Source of the DNA: Octopus sinensis
Lineage: Eukaryota
Length of the DNA: 58,673 nucleotides
Direction: 5' to 3'
Assembly (NCBI RefSeq): GCF_006345805.1
Contig: NW_021834512.1
Span: 1-58,673 of the forward strand
Shown: in pieces, positions 25,272 to 37,289 of the stretch
Position numbering within the stretch: the first letter of the stretch is position 1
How the letters are laid out: every line of letters begins with the position of its first letter
The notes under the pieces: generated by a model
Told to the model about the DNA's origin: nothing
Databases searched by the model: none
What the model saw: the letters and a program-made list of their open reading frames with translations, nothing else
Made by a program: the position numbers and the translations under genes

Positions 25272-28200
25272 AAATAAGCAACTCTCTGTTTTCGATTTCT
25301 GGGTTCATAGGATCATGCTCAAGGTGGCTTCGTCATCATACGTGCCATTCTTGCTACATTCACCCATCTTTTTTTAAAACATTCGCTAGACAAAACTTGC
25401 CTCTCTACTCTCACTTTCCTTTTCAAGTGGTACTTGAAGAAGTTGATGAGAGATTGACCAGAGAGGAAAGTGTTTGTCTCCAATCCTTTCAGACGCGTCC
25501 ACCAGATACATTCTTCGCCATAGCCACAAGGATGATGAAAATAGCTCTTCCTTCCCGTTTGAAGGAAGGAGGCGTGACAATATTGACGATAGACTCAGCT
25601 GATAAACCGACTCGTCCCACACGTGACAGCAGTTGTTCGACATAAGCCCACAGGTCGGAAATTGTTGGACACTGAACGAGTGCGTGCAGAACGGTTTCGT
25701 CGCTCTGACCGCATCTCGGGCAGGTCGGCCCCGTGTTTCTCGAGCCGTGTCTGTAGAGCTTATCCCGAACGGGTAGCGCTTCTCGGTAGCACTGCCAGGC
25801 CAGGGATCTCTGGAAGTTGTCCATGGGCCCTGGCCCGAAAGTCGTCCCGAACAGGCGGGTCAGGTACTCCTCGTCGACGTCCAGGTTCGCCCCGAGCTCG
25901 TCGTCGTACCCTCCCCTCCACTAAGCCCCTATAGAATGCTTTGGTTGTGTTGAAGTCACTTAAGGTCGACCCAGGACGGCAGAGTTGCTTGAGAGCAACG
26001 CGACACTCGCGGTGCCATTCGCCCTTCCTCGGCCTCTTTTTTGATCCACGAACTGCAGTTCGGTCATGGAGACGAGCTGCGGGAAAGCGTGCCTCACAAA
26101 CGGCGACCACACCTGTTCACCGTCGTCTACATAGAGCCAGAGATGTCGCAGTCTCAGCGCGTGTCTGCGCATCATCAACCACGGCATGCCCAGCCCTCCT
26201 TTTAACGGGTGTTGACAGCAAATGGATCGCCTGACCATCGGGACGCATCCTTTCCACAAGAAGCGAAAGAGGATGCGTTGTAGTTTGGTGATGGTAGGGT
26301 CGGGACAAGGTACGACGGTCAGGCGGTAGTAGATGACGGACGCGATGTACGTGTTCGCCACCTCCGCTCGACCTTTAGGACAGTTTTCCTCTCGGCCCAT
26401 TGCCGGGCGAGAGTGACCACCCTACTCGTTATCTCGTTCCAGTTCTTCTCCACTTGGAGGTCCGGACCGAACCAGACCGCGAGCAACTCAACCGGGCCGT
26501 CGGTCCAGCGTCCCACGACGGAGGCGCTGGTGGACGGCATGGGCTTGCTTCTCCAGGTGCCTAGTCGCAAGCCACTGACTTTTCCCGGTTGATTTTCGCT
26601 CCTGTCACCGCTTCGTAGTTTTTCAGTGTCTCGCCGACCAGCTCGATGTGCTCGTGGCTAGACACTATGACGGTGACGTCGTCCGCGTATGCAGACACGC
26701 TCGTCCCGCATCCCAATTCTCGCGGGATGCCCCTTAGAGTCGCCAGCTTCCGCAGTAGTGGCTCAAGAGTCAATACGTATAGAAGCGCCAAGAGGGGGCA
26801 TCCCTGACGGACCGAACGTGCAATGTCGAAAGGTCTCGATAGATGTCCATTTACGCGAATTACCGAACGGATGCCCCTGTACAAGGCAGCTATCCAGCCG
26901 CGGAAGACGGGACCGAAACCAGCCGCTCTCAGGACTGCCTCCAAGTATCGATGGTCTACCCTATCAAAGGCTTTTGATTGATCCAAGTTGATCAGGGCCC
27001 CACCCCATGCCAGGTCGTTAACTACCCTGTCTATGAATGTAGCGCATCAGATGGAGGTTGTCATGGATGGTCCGGCCTGGCACGGCGCATGTTTGCGCCT
27101 TGTCGACCAGTTTCTCGATGACAAGCGCCAACCTCTTGGCTAGCACCTTGGCCAAAATTTTCAAGTCTGCATTAAGCAGAGTGATGGGCCTAAAGTTAAT
27201 CTATTACATTTCCCTTGTTTAGATCTTTCTTCAGCAGTGTTACGGCTCCTCGGCTCACAAAACCAGGAATGCTCCCGTTTTGCTGCCAGTTGCAGTACAC
27301 CGCCGCCAAGAGATCTCCAAACAAGTCTGGCATACAATTGTAAAGCTCGTAGGGTAGACCATCCAAACCCGGTGATTTGTCCCTCGAGCATTCTGCCATC
27401 GCTTCCCGCACTTCCGCCGCCGTGATGGCACCTTCGCAGCACCCTGCCTTTCTTGTCGAGAGTCGTGGTAAGCTATGTAGGTAGGCACTGAAGTCCACCC
27501 TACGTCTTCTGCCCTCCACTCGTTCCGAACAGTCGGGCAAAATGCTGCTGAAAGCCTCACACATTTTACTTGGCTCGAGCAATTCGCGCCCCTGTTCATC
27601 TACCAGTGACCGAATGGTGGCTTTGTTGCCCTGTTGCGCCTCTGCCACCCGGGCCTCTCTCGCGGCTCCAACACCTTCGTTCCTTAGAGCACGCATCCTA
27701 GCTGACAGCACATCCTTCGTGTTTGGCGTTGAAGTGTTGGTCGAGGGCCAACCTCGCCGCCAAAACGTCGGATGCGATGCCGCTTCTAATTGCCTCTTCT
27801 AGCTTCTTAACTAGCTCACCCTCTACTCTATTTCTATCTATGGGCTAGTGCTTTGCTGTACCTAATCGCTTCTGCTTTTACTGCTCTCTTGAGGGCAAAC
27901 CACCATTTGTTGTTGATGATGGCTCCCGTCAAAGCCCTCTTTACTAGTGTGCTAATCCGTCTCTGAAAACCTGTCTCGATGGGAAAGACGCGTTTAGTTT
28001 CCAGTATCCGGGACCCTGCCTAAGTGTCTTACCTAAGTCTAGCGTACATGTCACAAGTTTGTGATCCGTGTAGCTGACTATGTGGAATTGTGGACATCCT
28101 ATGCTATCTCTATCTACTGTCCTACACAGTATCCTATCTAGATACGATCTCGACGACCCGATGCGGTTGCTCCATGTCCACGTTGGCGCATTCGGGTGGT

Positions 28201-28962
28201 CTAGTCGAAACCTGTCAGACAGTTGAAAGCGTCTGAGCAGGTCTCTGAGGCATTTGCATCCCGTCTATTCCTATCTCTACCCACGTAGTCTACATGCGTG
28301 TCCAAGGTAGCATTCCAATCCCCCACTAAGAGTAAAGGACGAGACGTTCCCAAGAAAACTTCTAGACGTTGAAAGAAATCCCCCGACCTGTTAAGGGCGG
28401 TTGCGTAAACTGATACGAGCCGAAAAGCGCACCCATTGCTGCCGTCGACATCCAGGACGACCAGTCTACCCTCCGGGTCTACGAATATTGTCCTTACATT
28501 GAGATCCAGGCTCTGTGAAAAAAGTACCGCGGTGCCACTACCGCCATTCTCGGCAGACAGGGGGAAAAATAAATGTTGAACTGTCCGCCAAACATGGTCT
28601 TTAGGGCCCGCGGATTGTGGAGTCTGGTCTCGCTTATGGCTATGATTTCTAACTTATGTGACTTTATGTCATTTAAGAGGTACCCTTGTTTCCAAGGGGA
28701 CCCCAAGCCACGCGCATTTACACAACCAATCTTGATCATAGTTCTAATGAATTAGAATACAGAGGGTTACTTACTGCTCGAAAGTTTTTGCTTTCTCCTC
28801 CGTTGGTTTGTCCTCGAGAAGATCCTAGTACAGTTTCTTTGTGAGATATTTTTGGCATTTACCAACCGCACTGGGGAAAATGCCTTTGAGTGTGTGGTGC
28901 AGACTTTTGGAGATGTGTATTATTTTGATGTGGTCTGGTGGTGTTGTGTATGGGTGGTTGTT
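24896..28962 (-). mobile_element. Tx1-like family I, near-full-length copy (complete ORF2, last ~65 codons of ORF1)
   Basis: ORF2 start MIKIGCVNARGLG at 28739; upstream NHPYTTPPDHIKIIH...KKLY is homologous to the ORF1 end of family II. Confidence 0.92.
25305..28739 (-). pseudogene. ORF2: APE endonuclease - reverse transcriptase - CCHC knuckle (frameshifted)
   Basis: APE motifs NARG, SETR, GDWN, YLDR, YTDH; RT motifs [23 protein letters not shown]; CPRC-x8-H-x4-C; ends SMIL* at 25305. Confidence 0.9.
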
Positions 28963-29003
<41 letters not shown>

Positions 29004-29326
29004 TGATAGATAGATAGATAGATAACTTTCTTTTATTAGCCACACAGGGCTGAATACAGAGGGGACAAATACAAATGCAGAGCTTTTCTTTTCGAGGGTG
29101 GAAAAAAATAAAAATGTAAGATTGCGATCAAAAGGGATCGAGAGGAGGAAAAAAAAAGGAAAAAAGGAAAATCGTGTATCACAGAAATAATGGTGTAAAC
29201 ATTGATATAACAAGATTGGGTTCATCCGTGGGAAGAAAAGCCTACAGAAAAGACCACGGGAACCCCAGTCAGGGAGGAAATAAACACATGAGGTCAAAAA
29301 TGCTCTCTTTCTTTCTTTTTTACGAT

Positions 29327-32300
29327 CTACAGGATCATGCTCAAAATGGTTTCGTTACTAGCACGCACCATCTTTGCAACATTCACCCATCTTTTTTTGA
29401 ATCTTTCGCGAGACAAAACTTCCCTCTCCATTCTCACCTTCCTTTTCAAGTGGTACTTGAAAAAGTTGATGAGCGATTGGCCAGAGAGGTAAGTGTTTGT
29501 CTCTAATCCTTTCGCTCGAGTCACCACACACATTCTTTCACCATGGCCACCAGTACGATGAAAACTGCCTTGCCTTCCCGTTTGAGGGAGGGGGCGGAGC
29601 AATTCTCACGATAGACTCGGCCGATAGGCGGATTCGTCCCACACGTGACAGCAGCCGTTCGGCATAAGCCCACAGGTCGGAAATGGTTGGACATTGCACG
29701 AGTGCGTGCAGAACGGTTTCGTCGCTCTGACCGCATCTCGGGCAAGTCGGTCCAGTGTGTCTGGAACCGTGTCTGTAGAGCTTATCCCGAACAGGTAATG
29801 CTTCTCGATAGCACTGCCAGGCCAGGATCTTTGGTGATTGTTCATAGGTCCCGGCCCGAAAGTTGTCCTGAACAGGCGGGTCAGGTGTTCCTCGTCGACG
29901 CCAGAGACTCTGCCCGAGTTCGTCGTCGCACCTCCCCTCCACTAATCCTCTATAGAATGCCTTTGTTGTGATGGAGTCGCACAAGTTCGATCCCGGACGG
30001 CAGAGTTGCTTGAGAGCAACGCGACACTCGCGCGGTGCCATTCGCCTAGCCTCGGTCTCTGCTTGATCCATGACTGTAGTTCGTCCAAGGAGACGAGCTG
30101 CGGGAAAGCGCGCCGCACAAAAGGCGACCACCCCTGTTCACCGTTGTCTATGAAGCGCCGGAGATGTCGCAGTCTCAGCGCATGTCTGCGCATCATCAAC
30201 CACACGGCATGCCCAGCCCTCCATTTAGCGGTTGTTTGGCAGCAAATGGATCGCCTAACCATCGGAACGTTTCCCTTCCACAAGAAGCGGAAGAGTATGC
30301 GTTCCAGTTTGGTGATGGTAGGGTCGGGACAAGGCACGACGGTCAGACGATACTCGATGACGGATGCGATGTACGCGTTCGCCACCTCCGCCCGACCTTT
30401 TAGGGATAGCTTTCTCTCTCAGTCCATTTCTGGGTGAGAGTAGCCACCCTAGTCGTTATCTCGCCCCAGTTCTTCTCCATTTGGAGGTCCGGACCGAACA
30501 GACCACCCGAGCAATTTAACCGGTCCGTCCGTCCAGCGTCCCACGATGGAGACGCTGTTGGACGGCATGGGCTTGCTTCTCCACCAGGTGCCGAGCCGCA
30601 AGCCCACTGACTTTTCCCGGTTAATTTTTGCTCCCGTTACCGCTTCGTATTCTTTCAGTGTCTCGCCGACAGCTCGATGTGCTCGTAGCTCGACACTATG
30701 ACGGTGACGTCATCCGCGTATGCGGACACGCTCCTCCCGCATCCCAGCTCTCGTGGGATGCCCCTCAGCGTCGCCAGTTTCCGCAGTAGTGGCTCAAGAG
30801 TCAGTACATCAGCAGCGATGAGAGGGGGCATCCCTGACGAACCGAACGCATGATGTTTAAAGGTCTGGATAGATGACCATTTACGCGAACTACTGAGCGG
30901 ATGCCGCTGTATAAGGCAGCGATCCAACCGCGGAAAACTGGACCGAAACCAGCCGCTTTGAGGACAGCCTCAAGTAGTGATGGTCTACCCTATCGAAGGC
31001 TTTTGATTGATCCAAATTGATCAGCGCCCCACCCATGCCAGGATTTTTAACTACCCTGTCTATGATGTAGCGCATCAGATGGAGGTTTCATGATACTTCT
31101 ACTTCACACCCGGCACGGCGCATGTTTGCGCCTTGTCGATTAGTTTCTTGATGACAAGCGCCAACCTCTCGGCTAACACCTTGGCCAAAATTTCAAATCT
31201 GCGTTGAGCAGAGTGATGGGCCTGAAATTATCTATGACGTCCCCCTTGTTTGGGTCTTTCTTGATCAGTGCCACTGCTCCTCGCTTTACAAAAGCAGGAA
31301 TACTCCCGTTCTGCTGCCAGTTGCAGTAGACAGCTGCCAAGACGCCTCCAAACAAGTCTGGCATATGAAAATAAAATTCGTAGGGCAGACCATCCAAACT
31401 GGTGACTTGTCTCTCGCGCAGCCTACCATCGCATCCTGTACATCCGCAGCTGTGATAGGCTTTTCACAAGACTCCACCTCCCTTGCTGAGAGTCGTGGCA
31501 AGGCATGCAGGTAGGCACTAAGTCCACTCTGCTTTCTGACTCACCACTTGTCCCAAACAGTTGGGTGAAGTGTTGTTGAAAAACCCCACACATCCTTTTA
31601 GGCTCGAGCAATTCGCGCCCCTGTTCATCTATAAGAGACTTGATGGTGGCTCTGTTGCTCGTTGCGTCCCACCACTCGGGCCTCTTGGGCGGCTCCAACT
31701 CCTTCGTTCCTCAGAGCACGCATCCTAGCTCTGACAACGCATCCTTCGTGTTTGGCGTTGAGGTGTTGGTCGAGGGCCAATCTCGCCGCCAGTACGTTGG
31801 ACGCGATGCCAGTTCTAAGTGCCTCTTCTAAACCTTAACTAATTCTCCCTCTATTCTATTTCGGTCTAATGCTAAGGCTCTACTGTATCTGACTGATTCT
31901 GCTTTAATCGCTTTTTTAGGGCATACCACCATCTGTTGTTGATGATGGTACCCGTCAAAGCTCTCTTAACTAATGTGCTGATCCGTCCCTGTAAACCTGT
32001 CGTGCTGTAAAGACGCGTTCAGTTTCCAGTAACCAGGACCTGCCTATGTGTCTTATCTAAGTCAAGTGTACAAGTCACAAACTTGTGATCTGTGTAACTG
32101 ACTATATGAAATTGTGGACAACCTACACTATTTTTATCTATTGTCCTACAGAATACTCTGTCTAAGTATGATCTGGACGACCCGATGCGGTTACTCCATG
32201 TCCACATGGCACATTCGGGTGGTCCAGTCGGTACCTGTCAGACAGTTGGAAACGTCTGAGCAGGTCTTTGAGGCATTGCATCCCCTTCTATTGCTATCTC

Positions 32301-32761
32301 TGCCCACGTAGTCTAGATGCGTGTCCAGGGTGGCATTCCAATCCCCCACTAAAAGTAAAGGACGAGACGTTCCCATGAAAGACTCTAGACGTCGAAAGAA
32401 ATCTGGTCGGCCTGTTAAGGACGGAGCATAAACTGCTATCAGTCGAAAAGCACACTCATTGCTGCCATCGACATCCAAAACGACCAGCCTACCCTCCGGG
32501 TCTAGGAAATTTGCTCTTACTTTGAGATCCAGACTCTTCCGGATAAGCACCGCGGTGCCACCTCCGCCCATTCTCGGTAGACACGGAGAAAATAAATGTT
32601 GAAATGTGTACCGAAAATGTGCTGGAGTGCCCGCAAGCTGTGGAGTCTGGTCTCACTGATGGCTATGATATCAGATTTAGTGACTTGATGTCATTTAACA
32701 GGTAGCCTTGTTTCCAAGGCGACCCCAAGCCACGTACATTTATACTACCTATTCTGAGCAT
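29327..32761 (-). pseudogene. ORF2 of family II: APE-RT-CCHC (frameshifted)
   Basis: MLRIGSINVRGLGSPWKQG start; GDWN, YLDR, YTDH; DQSKAFD; YADD; CPRCGQSDETVLHALVQC; SMIL*. Confidence 0.9.
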
Positions 32762-32804
32762 GTTCCGATAAAAGTGCAAAAAAGGAAAAGGAGAGAGAAA
32801 AAGG

Positions 32805-33804
32805 TTACTTGTTTTTCGAAAGTTCTTTGTCTTTCACCTCACGGTCTTCTTCTATGAGGCTTTTATACAGTTTTTTCGATGAGTACTTTTGAAATCTCCC
32901 TACTGCATCAGGGTAAAGAGATTTCAGGGTGCTGTATGTGTTCTGTGTCACGTGTATTATTTTAATGTGTTGTGGTGGTGTTGTATGTGGGTGGTTACTT
33001 GTTTTATGTCGTTTTCAGTAATGTTAGTGTTTGACCTAATGTGTTCCATTAGGTCGTGGTGTTTTTGTTTATGGCTGTCAACATTTTGGGGGGTTTGATG
33101 ATGGTGTGTTTGTGTTGATGTGTGTGTTTTCTGTGGATGTTTTGTTTCGGGAGTGGTGTATCTTCCCGCTTTGTTTGTTATTTTTCTTTTCTTTTTTTTC
33201 CCCTTTTTCTTCTCCCCCCTGTGGCTATTTGCCAATCTTCCGTGTCTTCTTCGTCTAATGACAGATCAGACGAATCGGAGTCTGGAAGCAGGGAAAGAAT
33301 TGTTGGGTTTGTCGACTGTGTTGGTTTTGTGTGGTTGGTGTGAGCGTTTGGTTGTGGTGTATGCGGTTTTGGATGTGGGGTTTGGGTATTTTGTGTTTGA
33401 GTGATTGTGGGTATTGTTGTGTTGTTTAGGGTGTCAATTTTGTGGGGATTTGGAGTTGTAATTGTTTCTTCATTTTTGCTGGGTCTTTTTGGCAGATGTC
33501 CTTGGTTTGGGAGTTGGTATATTCTTGGTTGTTGTTGTTGGTGATGCTGCTTCTGTTCTTGGTGCTGCAGTTGGTGTGGTTGTTTGTTTGGTGAGGTTTG
33601 TTCCTGCAAAAAGTGGTGTGGGTAGTAAACCTTGTTTATTTGTTTTTGTTTCCGGCTGCTGTTGTTGTTGCTGTTGTTTTCTTGCGGCAGATTTGCAGTC
33701 TTTTTTGAGGTGTTGCTCACTGCCGCATATGTAGCAACGTGGTCTTCTGCCATCGACGACCACATATAACTTGTGGTCGTCTGATACACATATCTGGGTG
33801 GGTA
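32805..33804 (-). pseudogene. ORF1 of family II (C-terminal part, CCHC zinc knuckle)
   Basis: KLYVVVDGRRPRCYICGSEQHLKKDC knuckle, T/P-rich and acidic/basic tracts, ends KKLYKSLIEEDREVKDKELSKNK* at 32805; 43-nt pyrimidine spacer to the ORF2 ATG. Confidence 0.8.
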
Positions 33805-33864
33805 TTTTTTTTATATCCTCATGATGTATATGTAGAAGCTTTATAGTGCATAGATAGAAGCTTT

Positions 33865-33929
<65 letters not shown>

Positions 33930-34424
33930 TAGTGTATAGTGATTAGTAGAAAATGCTTCTTAAATTATAAATCCATACCTAAAATGGTTCTTAAGTGACA
34001 TGAATAGATTCAGTTGGGTTTAGTGAACAATTCTGCGAAGAAATTGACGTTGGAGCAGAAAGTCTAATTAATTCCTAATTACGTGTCTAATTAAAACTTA
34101 TTAATTTGTTTTTCCATACCCGTTTTTTTTTTCCTTAAGTTTTCATTTAAGTATTACTTGTGTCTAAGGCATAATATTCAATGTGATTCATTACTGGAGC
34201 TTAAAGTCTAATTAAATTAGTTATTTACGCAAGTTGATTATCTCATAATTAATTAATCGATACCTAAGCATACTTAAGAATCACGTTTCATGGTATTAGG
34301 ACCATTTGTACACATATTGTGCCTTGCCAGTATTTTGGAGCTTCGAGTCTAATCAAATCAGGACTGGCTCTCGGTCTAATAGCCAGATGCAAACACGTAG
34401 TCTTTGCGTGCAGAATTTGGAAAT

Positions 34425-34955
<531 letters not shown>

Positions 34956-35008
34956 GATACGTATTCATATGCATACATTTATATAATATATATGTGTATA
35001 TATATATA

Positions 35009-35289
35009 ATAAAATATTAGGGAATAAATCCAAACTTACAGGTAAAAATATTGTTTAAATATTTCTGATTATATTTTAGATATTTCAATCACCTGAAGAT
35101 TGACTGTACCCATAACTCGAATTATTAAGAATTGGACAGCCATAAAACCATCGTAGTGTTTTACTCATTATCTTTTATTAAACTTTTAATAATTTTGATA
35201 TATATTTAAAATAATATAAATTAATTAATTTTATGTATTGGCTTAAGTTTTTCATTGTTTGATTTGCCCAATAGTGGTTTTGTCTCTAA

Positions 35290-35292
<3 letters not shown>
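35009..35292 (+). mobile_element. Rearranged PLE-type repeat with a decayed hammerhead, flanked by (TA)n
   Basis: 35051-35292 is homologous to 47930-48105; 35009-35045 is the reverse complement of 48155-48188. Motif CAC-CTGAAGA...AAAAC-CATC-GTA-GTG at 35090-35158. Confidence 0.6.
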
Positions 35293-35330
<38 letters not shown>

Positions 35331-36959
35331 AGGGAATCTAACGAAATATTCCTTTAACAATATAAAATTACACACAGCTATATTTCCCAGTAAATTCCGC
35401 AACCAGAATAAATATAGGAGATATGGATATATTATAACCAGCAATTAGACACGCACAAAGTACGAGGTGCGTCATGAAATCGCAAGAGACGAACCACGTG
35501 TTTACTCTCTTTTGAGCAACAAGTCCATGGATCAAACACTAGCATCGACAGCTTTAGGTTACTATTCTCAGGTTTAATCTAGTCGATGGTTTAATCTAGT
35601 ATATACAAATCGCAGTATGTGAGTGTATAATGACAAACGCATACGTTTTCACAATTCTCAACCGATTTTCAACAAACTTTACGCACACACATTACTTATG
35701 TCCCAACGATGGTCATGCACTATAGCATTTTGTCCAGAGCTCCCGCGTTACTGGACGTAAATGGACATAGTTATTTTGTATGTAGGGCCTGCCATAATTT
35801 TTTAATCTTTTTATATTTATTTCGACTTTCCACCTGCGACAGTGATTAAATTTACTAGGAATACTGTACGTGATGAATATCCAATACCAAAGAATCTCAA
35901 TCTCCATCTTTAAACTGCATTAAACTTTGGCAAGCTTACCTTTACGTATTCTGAGTTACTTGAAAGATGATGTTCCCTTCTCTCTTCTATTTGTTGATAC
36001 CTTCGTTTACCTTTGATACCGTTGTTTCACTTTAAGGATGCTTATTTACCCGTCCATTATGATATTTCAACTTTTGTCCACTGTTTCAAATACGTTTTAG
36101 CATTGTCATGCTTGCCCTTTTTAAACAACCACATATAATTCGTCTCAAAGAATCAACCTTTAAATAAGTGTTCTACTTTCACTAGCGAAACCTATACGTA
36201 TCTTTCAGAAAGCGCCATGCCAATTTAACTTTATGCGGCATTCGCTGTTAGTTTAGGCACAGGCTATAAGGGAAGACATAGTAAAGGGACTTTTGTTAGC
36301 TTGTCTCTCCGAAAAAGATAGCTCCCTTTGCTGTTGAAAAAAATAAATTCGCAGAGGGAAAGTTTCAACGTCTTCCTTCAATTTCCTTAAACCATTTATG
36401 TGGCTGTTTCTGACAAGAAATTTCGCTTTCATGTAAAACTATATCCTGTAGTCATTATCCGTCATCTACTCCCAAAACACTTCTGTAGCTCTGCTTTGCA
36501 TCGCTTGCAAACTTATACATTCTATGATCAATAAACTTATATGTTCTATGATAATCAAAGTGCAACGACCCCCACAATGACCAGCCTTCAATTACATTTT
36601 CCGTTCCTAGGTTAATCGGAAACAGATTGCCGTGCTACTCATAAACCTTCTACGTAGATCAATTATTTGGTGATAAAAATATCACCAGAGAAACTTAAAC
36701 CGTCCAAAGAACGGGTGATTTGTTAGTGTCTTAATAAGCGTTTCTCTTAAAATTTTAACATTTAATGTCCTTTTAATGTCACTTGTCAATCAGAATAATG
36801 GTTTACTACTAACCATACCCAGGGAATTTTGTGTGTGTCTGTGTGTGTACATGTGTATGTATGTAGGTAGGTTGTAGGGTCTTTTTGTCTTTTAATTTAG
36901 AGATTGGCCACCTGCTTGGAAGGAAGTTTGTGAAGAAAAGTATCTTGGTTTGCACAGCA

Positions 36960-37240
36960 TCCTTTAAATATTAAGGTCTTACAGATTTTTTTTTATAGTT
37001 CTATGTATCATGGCTATTTGTAGCGTATGTATTATGGAGTTAGGTTCTCTCCCCAGCAATCCGAGTTCAGCCATACTTTGCTCCAGACTGGCCGGTACGT
37101 ACCCGGTTGCTCCAATAATAATAGGTATGAAGTTGAAAGTGTATCTTAGGCAACGAGCGGAGGAATCTTCCTGTTTTCACATGTTGGCAAAATTAGGGTT
37201 TCGGTACTTTTCAGTCAGTTGCTGGCGCACGTTGCACCAG
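36960..37240 (-). mobile_element. 3' fragment of an RLE-type non-LTR retrotransposon
   Basis: RYTFNFIPIIIGATGYVPASL...TLQIAMIHRTI/KICKT resembles the C-terminus that follows an RLE domain. Confidence 0.55.
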
Positions 37241-37289
37241 ACATTCTTCCTGGGTTACAATGTAGCTTTTGGCGAAATAGCGGTGGGGC

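Larger units (their letters stand above)
29025..33804 (-). mobile_element. Tx1-like family II, near-full-length copy, 5'-truncated in ORF1
   Basis: Clearly diverged from family I but colinear; 3' end ...GGCTAATAAAAGAAAGTT|ATCT; (GATA)n on both sides. Confidence 0.92.
13681..33926 (-). repeat. Head-to-tail array of ten Tx1-like LINE copies separated by (GATA)n
   Basis: GATA spacers at about 13681-13767, 14137-14382, 15491-15655, 16404-16477, 18528-18687, 19474-19555, 21630-21791, 22561-22640, 24705-24895, 28963-29024 and 33865-33926. Confidence 0.92.

Noticed and set aside
13681-33926. CRISPR-like or telomere-like array
   Set aside because: The units are LINE fragments of 0.4-4.8 kb, there are no cas genes, and no TTAGGG repeats are present.
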